From Candidatus Omnitrophota bacterium (GTDB lineage Bacteria > Omnitrophota > Gorgyraeia > Gygaellales > Profunditerraquicolaceae), in the NCBI GenBank assembly GCA_026387265.1, contig JAPLLZ010000020.1, forward strand, positions 5,413 through 69,412: a DNA stretch of 64,000 nucleotides. Direction: 5' to 3'. The notes beneath the pieces were generated by a model. The model was not told the DNA's origin, ran no database searches, and saw only the letters and a list, made by a program, of their open reading frames with translations. Numbering within the stretch: the stretch's first letter is position 1; every line of letters starts with the position of its first letter. Below, piece by piece: positions 37,792 through 47,100 of this stretch. Position numbers and translations under genes: made by a program.

Positions 37792-38637
37792 ATGATCGTA
37801 TTACTTCTTATCTTAATTTTGTGTTCCGTTGTTTTAATTTCTTTTAGCCTTTTGCCTGCTGTTGTGCAAAAAATACAAACTTGGCAGCAACAGAAGGAGG
37901 TGGTGTTAGCTAAAGAGATGGATAAGATGTTCTATGACAAAAGCCCCAAGAACATCGTTATGCTTTATTATATCCTTCCGCTGATTTTTGGAGTAGGAGG
38001 ATATGTCCTTCTGCGGTCACAGATTTTTATGATTTTTGGCGTACTTATCGGCGTAGCTATTCCTAATTTCATTTTGAAAGCGCGCTATAAGATGAGAATC
38101 CGGAAATTTAATGATCAGCTTCTTGATGCGATTAATATGCTTTCAAGCTGCATAAAGGGCGGCTTAAGCCTTTTACAGGGGCTGGAGGTATTGGTTGAAG
38201 AGATGCCTGCTCCAATCAGCCAGGAGTTAGGTTTGGTAGTGAGAGAAAATAAAATGGGCATTCCTCTAGAGGAGTGCCTTAGCCGCCTGAATAAAAGGAT
38301 GAATATTGATGAACTCGGGTTAGTAGTTAATGCGCTTTTAGTTGCGCGTGAAACAGGCGGTGAATTACCCAAGGTTTTTAGCCGCTTAACGGTAACCATC
38401 CGTGATAATCGTAAATTAAGGGAGAGTATTAAAACACTTACCATGCAAGGAAGAATGCAGGGGGCAATCATGTCTTTTTTGCCTTTCGTGTTTGTGGTTT
38501 GGGTGCTTTCGGTGAATAACCACCATTTTGATATTATGCTAAATAGTGATATAGGCAGAATGCTGATTATTGTGGCAGCAATATTGCAAGTAGTCGGTAT
38601 GTTTTTAATTAAGATGTTTAGCACAATCAATATTTAA
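37792..38637 (+). CDS. tadB: TadB (T2SSF/GspF-domain inner-membrane platform protein)
   Basis: It has an N-terminal TM helix, a cytoplasmic GspF-like helical domain (LSSCIKGGLSLLQGLEVL) and C-terminal TM helices. It is paired with a paralog immediately downstream. Confidence 0.7.
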   Translation: MIVLLLILILCSVVLISFSLLPAVVQKIQTWQQQKEVVLAKEMDKMFYDKSPKNIVMLYYILPLIFGVGGYVLLRSQIFMIFGVLIGVAIPNFILKARYKMRIRKFNDQLLDAINMLSSCIKGGLSLLQGLEVLVEEMPAPISQELGLVVRENKMGIPLEECLSRLNKRMNIDELGLVVNALLVARETGGELPKVFSRLTVTIRDNRKLRESIKTLTMQGRMQGAIMSFLPFVFVVWVLSVNNHHFDIMLNSDIGRMLIIVAAILQVVGMFLIKMFSTINI

Positions 38638-38638
38638 T

Positions 38639-39496
38639 ATGGAAATAGCCATATTTCTTCTTATTTTAGGTTCAATAGGCCTGGTAGTTTGGAGCTTGAT
38701 TTCTTCCTCCCAATCCAGCTCGCTTTTGCGTATGCCTCAGGATGGATCAATCGTTAATGTGCCAAAGCCCAAGTTCGATTTTGCGGGTATTTTACCTACC
38801 GGATCATTTTTGCAGAACACTGGAATGGCGGTGAGCATAAAAAAGTCTCTGGATACCGCGCATATCAGCATTTCTCCGGGTGCATTCTTTAATTTAAAGA
38901 TACTTTTGTGTATTCTTTTAGCGGCATTAACGGTAGCGTTTACCGAAAAGGTTGATCCGCTTCTACTAGTAATCTTTATTGCTATTGGTTATGTTATTCC
39001 CGATTTTTATTTAAAACGCAAAATCGCTCAGCGTAAAAATCTGATTGCCCGTAGGCTTCCGGAAACAGTGGATCTTCTGGGTCTGTGTATTGAAGCAGGA
39101 TTGGATTTTGTGAATGCGGTAAAATGGGTTATCGAAAGGACTCCGCATACCCCAATGACTGAAGAGTTAGCTTTTGTGGTTGATGAAATAAAGTGGGGTA
39201 AACCGCGTATCCAGGCTTTAAAAGATATGGCGCGCAGGCTGGAAATATCTGAAATGAGCTCCTTTGTACAGACAATTATCCAGGCTGAGCGTATGGGTAC
39301 GCCGGTGGCTGAAGCATTTGCCATACTTTCGGAAGATGCCCGCGCGCAAAGATTCCACCGCGGGGAAAGAATTGCCCTGCAAGCCCCGATTAAGATACTT
39401 CTGCCGCTTATCTTTTTCATTATGCCGGTAATTGGTATTGTCGTTGGAGGCCCAATCTTGCTTACATTTATGCAAGGTGGCCTTACTGGGTTTTAA
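38639..39496 (+). CDS. tadC: TadC (T2SSF-domain platform protein)
   Basis: It has the same architecture, with LGLCIEAGLDFVNAVKWV. Confidence 0.7.
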   Translation: MEIAIFLLILGSIGLVVWSLISSSQSSSLLRMPQDGSIVNVPKPKFDFAGILPTGSFLQNTGMAVSIKKSLDTAHISISPGAFFNLKILLCILLAALTVAFTEKVDPLLLVIFIAIGYVIPDFYLKRKIAQRKNLIARRLPETVDLLGLCIEAGLDFVNAVKWVIERTPHTPMTEELAFVVDEIKWGKPRIQALKDMARRLEISEMSSFVQTIIQAERMGTPVAEAFAILSEDARAQRFHRGERIALQAPIKILLPLIFFIMPVIGIVVGGPILLTFMQGGLTGF

Positions 39497-39928
39497 ATAA
39501 CCTCTCCTTTAGCCTATCCGTTTTAGTGTTCTCAACCCAGATTAGTTATAAGTTTTAAGCTGTAAGCTAAAATAATAAACTTAATATTAACGTGACGCAA
39601 TTTTTTAGCAGATGAGGTTGGCAAAAAATCTGATAAAAACTGTTTTTTCTATTTGCCAGCCTTCTTATTTTACAAAGTATCTCCTCTTCGATTATAAAAT
39701 AGACCTAACCTGCCAGTTAATTCATAAATCCAAAAGATCAAAAAATGCTTTTAGAGGCTGGATTTCACCTTTCTGTTATACTTCAAAGTAATGCGGTAGG
39801 CGGCAACTAAAAGGCGCTTGTTTTCATTTTCTCGTACTTGTGTTTGCTTGGAAAAAACAAAGGCTGAAATAAGATTAAGCTTAGAACTTACAGCTTATAA
39901 CTAAAAAAAGTTTTTTAGGTTAACATGT

Positions 39929-40100
39929 TAGGTTTCCCTTCTCCTTTACACTCGTGTAAAGGACTGAGCTAAATAAGAACTATAAGGTGCTTATCCCCGT
40001 TCGTTAACACTCGCGGGGACTGCGGTAGATAAAAGATTTAAGGTGTTTGTTTTTGTTAGACTTACCCTTCTTTTACGTCAATTAGAGTAGAAAGGAGGGA
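39929..40100 (+). repeat. Three tandem ~56-nt units, each containing a stable GC-rich hairpin
   Basis: Unit starts TTAGGTT at 39929, AAGGTG at 39984 and AAGGTG at 40040 set the spacing. Hairpin 1 is CCTTTACAC-tcg-GTGTAAAGG at 39943-39962. Hairpin 2 is CCCCG...GCGGGG at 39995-40018. Hairpin 3 is CCCTTCTTTTAC...GTAGAAAGGAGGG at 40065-40100, and its 3' arm doubles as the RBS of the next gene. Confidence 0.5.
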
Positions 40101-40106
40101 TTTTTA

Positions 40107-40511
40107 TTGATAAACCCTAAACTCGAAACTCTAAATCCTAAACAAACCAAAATTAACCAAACTCAAAACTCAAAGCCGTATGATTTAGGGGATAGAACCC
40201 TGGTTTTTAGTAAAAAGGTATTTAACTATGTAAAACAACTAGTAAAGGTAATAACTAATCTGGAAGTCGCCAAGCAGTTAGTTAGATCAGCTGGTTCTGT
40301 AGGAGCTAATTATCTTGAAGCTGAAGAATCTCTAAGTAGAAAAGATTTCTTAATGAGGATAAAGATAGCCAGAAAAGAAGCCAAGGAGAGTAGATATTGG
40401 CTGGTTCTAAGTGAGCCCCTAAAGGAACAGGAAAAAGTAAGGGAAGAATTAATAGATGAGTCTACTCAGTTGATGAAGATATTCGGTTCTATTGTAAGTA
40501 ATTCTGGGTAA
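40107..40511 (+). CDS. Four-helix-bundle protein (23S rRNA intervening-sequence protein family)
   Basis: LVRSAGSVGANYLEAEE and KESRYWL are characteristic of the TIGR02436/PF05635 family. It uses a TTG start 7 nt after AGGAGGG. Confidence 0.65.
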   Translation: MINPKLETLNPKQTKINQTQNSKPYDLGDRTLVFSKKVFNYVKQLVKVITNLEVAKQLVRSAGSVGANYLEAEESLSRKDFLMRIKIARKEAKESRYWLVLSEPLKEQEKVREELIDESTQLMKIFGSIVSNSG

Positions 40512-40881
40512 TTTTTAGTTTTGAGTTTAGAATTTTGTGTTTGTTTAGAGTTTAGCGTTTAGGATTTAGAGTTTAAAGTAACGTTTTTTCATCTTTAAAA
40601 TTGTCCATTCTATCCGCCCACATACACATTATTGTCCACTCTGAATGCTGATTTGTCCAAACTGATAAAATAGACCTTAGAGAGCGGAGATTTGGGAATA
40701 ATTTTCTCCAAAGCTGGTTAGATACGGCCTTTTTATGTTTTTATCTTGTCTTGCGATAGCCGTAGCAGGAAGTTTTTCTTGACCATTCTATTCTAATTCT
40801 CGGGATCAACAATGTTTCAACTGTTCAAAAGGCAGGGTTATCTAAAGAAAGAAAGCGTTACCAAAATTTCCGATTTTTTAC

Positions 40882-40910
40882 TTGACAGCGTCTATCTGTG
40901 GTGTTATATT
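40882..40910 (+). promoter_or_regulatory. Near-consensus sigma70 promoter TTGACA-17-TATATT with an A/T-rich UP-like tract, 265 nt upstream of the giant ORF
   Basis: The -35 is TTGACA at 40882-40887. The spacer is 17 nt. The -10 is TATATT at 40905-40910. It is preceded by cgattttttac. Confidence 0.55.
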
Positions 40911-41175
40911 TGAGTGTAAGTTGAAAAGGTAAACTTAGAGTAATCTAAGGACACAAAGCCACGGGTCCTTAAGTCAAAGAAGTTCAAGGATAGCCGGGTT
41001 GCCAGGACCGACGGGAGTTGGAGTTGACAACTCGATTTTATTTGAGAACTTAATAAGAGATTTTAAAAACGATTTACAATCTGGTGACCTTATGAAAAGA
41101 AGCTTCATTAAAAAAATGAAAAGTCTTGGGGTAAGGGGAAATATTAATTTTTATTTTTTACTATTTAAGTAAAAG

Positions 41176-44100
41176 ATGAATATAAATCCGCAACAGACAG
41201 AAAACAGTATTAAGCAGCCAAAGAAAGAATTCAAGTCAAATTTCAAGGCTTGGATTCGCATGGTTGCTTTTATTCTTGTTGCTGTCTTTTTGCCAGAGCA
41301 GGTTGCTCAGGCTGTGGAATATGACTGGCGGGTAATCTGGAATAAGCCTACTGTTGGTACTATTGCACCAGCATACCTCAAGGATCTCAGTAATATTGAT
41401 TCTGCTTTAGCCATCCGCAACATACTTAAAGATATAGCGAATAAACCAATAAATTCAATCAGGGTTTCGTCCAATCTGACTATTAATCTGGATAAACCCT
41501 TAGAAATGTCCAATCAGAAAATAGATGAGATTACTGAGTGGCTGAAGGGAAAGCCGTGTGGCTCAAAAGCTCTTTATGACTATTTAAATTATGTTGGTAT
41601 TAAGGCCAGTGAGAGCGACATTGCGATTATCGCGCTTGCGGTTGATATACTCAATGATGTAGTTAAGCCGGAAGGCAGGCCGAAAGTTATCAAAAACTCT
41701 CTTTACGCTCTTGAGCAGGCAGCTAAATTTTTCGGAGCAAATCTATATCCGGTAGAGATTAATGCTAATACAGAGTTAAGCAATATCACTCCTTTTGTTG
41801 CTCATTTTAAATATGAGCATTATGTTTTGGTTACTCGTGTAACTGAGGATAAGGTTTATTATACCAAAGAACACAGGGAAGAGTTTTTGCCGAAAGCCAC
41901 ATTTTTGAGCAAGTTCAGCGGTTATGCTTTGACAAATGTATTGCCTCTGGAATCGAAAATATTGAGCCCTGTGGAAAGCAAGCAGATTCTAGGCGCTCGG
42001 GATCCTGATGAACCTACTCCTAATACTACTATGCCAAAACTTCCTGTAGTAACTCTACCATCTTCTAAACACTTTAATTCAACATCAATGCCAACATTGG
42101 GCGATAATATATATTACTCCACGAGTTTTGTGAGGGGGTTGAATGCTGCCACTGCGCCACAAACTCAAGATACACTTTATAAAATGGACGGAGTTAGTTA
42201 TCGCAGGCAAACTATTTTTAATACCCAAAATGGTAGTGTGGCAGGTTATACTTGGCTTCCGATTAACGTAGCAGCCAATACTTCTTATAAGCAGTTAGCT
42301 ATTACTTCCAGTAAATATAATAATGTTCTAATTGTTGTACGAACTCCGGATGTTAAAAATAACGCCGCTCCGTACCTTATTGGAGGTTCATTATTATCTT
42401 CGTTACATGAATATACCGGGACCTCGTATACATCCTCTGAGGGGCTGAGCCAATATGGAACACATATAAGGATTAGTTTGGATAAAGCCTCAGACAATTA
42501 TGGTTTTACCACGGTTTTGAAGCAGGATCCTGCAACGCTTGAATATAACTATGAGGCAGAGGCAGCTGGGCTTAAAGTTAAATATCCTTATGCCAATTCA
42601 GGAGAGATAGGTTCAGATCCGTATGATAGAACGGTTAAAGTTTATGCAAAATATTCTAATACTCCGGGCGGCGGTAGCTATGATTATGATGGGTATGTGA
42701 CCGCTGTATATGCAACTCCTAATCTTGGCCCAGGCGGCATGTTTGCTAATAATATGGATGTGAATTTAGTGGAAAAAAGAAATAATCTTACCTATGCTTT
42801 CTGTGGTAATCTAAGCAACTCCGCGATAGCTGCGCCGATAACCTTTACTTCATCTGGGCAGGATTATGCTTTTGCCGCTTGGGTGAATATGAAACCGCTT
42901 CATCTGCAGGTAGATACGAAGAACTTATTTAACGGTAATTATACTAATGTGGCGATGTGGGATTATCAGAGAATAACCGCCGCAACTAGAATTCAATTTG
43001 GAAAGGAAGTTTTTGATAGCTTGGCAAGCAATAATCCCGGCTCTTCTACGGAAGAAGGGAATCTTGTTTTTCAGGGGTGGAATCCAGGTCGGTCATCCAA
43101 AATTAAAGATATTTACGTAGAAGCGTTTAATGAACATTTTCATACAGCCACTATTTCTACCATCTTAGAAAAAGATGGTTGGATCGTGGGTGTAGATAAA
43201 ATGTATGCTGGTTATGGCGGCAGTATCGGCGATACCTCAAAAACTTACTTTTTCCCCATTCAAGCGTTGAAAACGCAGAGTTTTAATAACTATACGCTTG
43301 CTTCTCTTTGGACGCAAACACCTACTAGCCTAACGATAGAAGCTTTTAATAACGACTATAGGGCCTTTGATAGCTCTAACCCGATTTTATACCCAGGTTA
43401 TAGATCCTACTATGATATAGGTAAAGATGGCAGCTTGAAGTTATGGGGTACGTTTAATGATAAAAATGATGTTGTGTTAGCTTTAAATCATAATGGTACC
43501 TGGGATAATCCGGATGATGATTTTTATGTTTATATTCCTGATTCTTCAAAGATTCTCAATTCTTCAAATAGCAATGGAAGCTATTATGATTTTAACGTAG
43601 GCAGTGGGCTTGTTTTAATAGAGCCGGGGAATAGATATACTGGCACTTCACCAAGGATCGGAGGGACGTTAGGTTCCACAGTTATAGAAAAACCGGCTTC
43701 AGGTTCAGTCTCACCGGAACAGTACAGCTTTTATTCTATAGATTTAGGGATTGATAAGGCAACGGGTAATTTTAATGGGCTTGCTATTAGCCCATATGAT
43801 GCGGATCAAAATGGCAAGATCAGTATTAAAGAATTAAATCAAGCTTATGATATCGTAGTGGGAGATACTCAGAAGCAAGTGGATACAATTAGTAATCTTA
43901 AGGAGACTGATTTCGAGCAGTGGCTTAAGGATACGGGTCACTATGATGAGTATTGTGGTACTATAAACGGTGTTTATGTTGACTATGGACTCGGCGGGGG
44001 GTATAGCAATTTTTATATCCAGATGGAGATAATGGATGAATATGATCAGGCTCAGTTAGATGCTAAAAATAAAGGTTCGCTTTTAGATAATTTTACATAT

Positions 44101-47100
44101 GTAGATCCAACAACTGGTGATAAGGTTACTTTGCAGGATATATCCACTTCGACTAAAACAATGCTTGATAATCCAGATAAAGTGGATCTTCTTGATTTTT
44201 CAAGTAATTTAGTTATGGCATCAATTATTGATCAAAATGCTTTCCCTAAAGCAGAGGGTGTTGCCCAGAATAAAAATGAAGAGGCAATGGGCGTAAATTT
44301 TAAGGCTACGGTTAAAACAGGCATACAGTGGAATGAGAAAGCAAACCGTTATTTATATACTACAGCAGAAGTAGAGTTAAATACTGATCAAGCCAATATA
44401 GCTAAAGGCCCAGACTTTGCGGTTATCAAGGATGGGTGGAAAGGAACATTTAATCTTACTCCCGAAACTCTTTCTTCTCTTCGTGCTGAATATTATGAAA
44501 AGGGATATCGGGATTTGGCAGTTAGTCTGGTAGGTATAAATGCATATGGTACTACTTGGGGCGATATAGGAATTGGTGCTGTAGTTGTGCTTACTACGGT
44601 CGCCGCCGCTGCAGCGACTTTTTATATAGGTGGCGCTGGTGGCGCAGTAGTTGCCGGTGGATGGGCTACCGCAGGAGCCATCGCGGGCATTTTAACAATA
44701 AATGTTGGAGTATCAGTCTTTAATGCTGCTTTAATAAAGAACCATCTAACCGGAGAGAAACTTACTGATGGTGAATTGTTTGTTTCCATAGGTCTAGGGC
44801 TTATTCCAGCGGCTGGTGGGATAGCCGGTAGATTTATAGGCACCGCTGCCATGGCAGGAACATTGGCTAGTGTTGCTAGTAAGACTCTTGTTGTTGGTAG
44901 CAGGATGGCTTTTATTTCTGGGCAGATAACCCAGGCTAGTTCTTATATCTGTAATATGACGCTTGACCCAACAACAAAAAAATTTACAACTCATGGTCCG
45001 AGCGTTCTTGAGGCGGGATTTTCCTTAGCTAGTGGTTATCTTTATGGCGGTGTTGCGGCTTTAGCGCCGGTTACTTCAGTTTCAAGTTTCTTCTTAAGGA
45101 CGGGTTTAAATTTCGCTTTAAACGAAGCTGTTTTACAAGGATCTAGCCTGATTACTACGGGTAATTTTGTCGGATTCAACAGCTGGGATGAAGTAGGCAT
45201 GCACATGCTTATGCTGGGATCTGCCGGGCTTTCCTCAGGAGCTTCCTGGTTATCTGGTTATACAAAACATGTCGGAGAATTAAATAAGCTTGTTGTCTCC
45301 GGGTATGCTATGGCGGAAGGACCGGGGGCGAAGATTATCAATAGTACTTTATTGACAACAATGTTTGGTGGCAGTACTAAAATTTTAACTAACGCTATTG
45401 CTGGCGGCAGGACCTTCCTTCTGATCGGCATGCTTACTGATCCGCTTTTTACCGGAAAAGAAGGCAATCCTACTTGGGAATCAACTTTTGGGCATTATAA
45501 AACCGGTTTGATTTATGGAGGGATATTTGGCATGGCTGAAGCTATACCGGCGTTTAGCAAGATTGGCGCTCAGTCTGCGTTAGCTCAAGGTATAAAATGG
45601 GGTATTGTCGGAGGCGCTACTAATGTCACAAGAGGAGCGATAGATAGCGTTTTATTTACGAAAACTCCGTATACTTGGAGCCAGGCGGGGATTGATTTTG
45701 GGGTAGGATTTATAGAGGGCGGATTATCAGGCTTCGGCGCCACTAAAGCGTTTCCTAAAGCTTTCTTAACCAAGGGGATTGCCCGGTTGGGACTTAACAT
45801 TGCATTAACTTCTCTAGTTTCAGTATCCGGAGGCCTTATAAGCAGCGCTATTACGGGTAATTCATATAGCTGGAAACAACTAGGAGTTGATACGGGAATT
45901 GGTGTTTTAGCCGGATTAACCGCAACAGCCTTACCTAAATATGTATCCTGGGTTAGCAAGTTAGGTAACGCTAAATTTTTTGTAGAACATCCTAAGCTCC
46001 TTCCTTTAACTAAGTTTGGCTTAAATTTAGGAGCAAGCCAGTCTGCGACATTCTTAGCCTATATGGGTACAGGAGCAGTTTTTGAATTAAAAAACAATGG
46101 AGTAAGCGGCATTGATATGGGTAAAGTGGGGGCTGAGGCTGCCAACTATTGGAAGATCTGGGCTCCTTGGGCAAATCCTGCTGAGGATAGTTGGGCCAAT
46201 ACTATAAAATTTGATATCTTTGGTGAAAAAGACGTAAAATTAAAATATTTGACCATCGGAGCTGGATTGTCCAGCTTATTATTTTTAAGTGTGGTTTCGT
46301 CTTCTGCCTTTGCTACTGCTAAAATAAACTCACTTGAAGATCTGCCGAAATTAATTAAGGATAACTACCAGGAGAAGATAGCGTCAAAGACATTGGGTGA
46401 AAAAGTTAAAGCAATAGCAATCTCAAGCGGCAAGATGTTTTTATTTGGTATGGGGCTTGATAGTATAGGCAGGACTTATAACGAAGCCCATAAATACTCC
46501 AAGATTACAAATGAAGCTGAAGATGCTTTGATGGGGGCGATTTTCAATAATTGGGGAGTAGGAGGCTGGACACAAGTTTATAAAGATGAAAATGGCAATC
46601 TTAATCGTAAATTTAATTGGGATGGTATTTTGAATGACCAGAATGGTAATCCTATTAAAAATGAAAATGGCGATTTCCAAAGAACAGGCCTTCTTTCCGG
46701 TATAGAAAATTCTGCCATATCGGGAGTAATATTTGGCCCGCTATTTTATTTCTCTATGCCTTTATTCGAAGTACTTGCTCCTAATCTGCCATTTGGCATA
46801 GGAAAAACCGTTCAATCAATTCAGTCATTTAACTTTGGCATCACCGCCGGGAAAACCGCCAATATGACTTTGTCCACATTACGCGCAGATAGAGTAAAAT
46901 TAGCGTTATCTACCGTGGCAAAGTTCGGCCTGGTAACTATTGTCGGCGGTGTTATTGATGAAGGTATTAGCGAACCGATAGCCGGGGCGATAATGTATGC
47001 GGGGTTAATGCCGCTTGTCGGTGGAAAAATTTCCGGCGCTCAACTAAACTTCTTTACCAGCATGCTTGCCGAAGGAGTATCTCCTTCGCCATTTGAAACG

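Noticed and set aside
39929-40100. Possible CRISPR array made of the three hairpin units
   Set aside because: The units are not identical repeats. There are only three of them and no cas genes nearby. They are better described as structured RNA or intergenic repeats.
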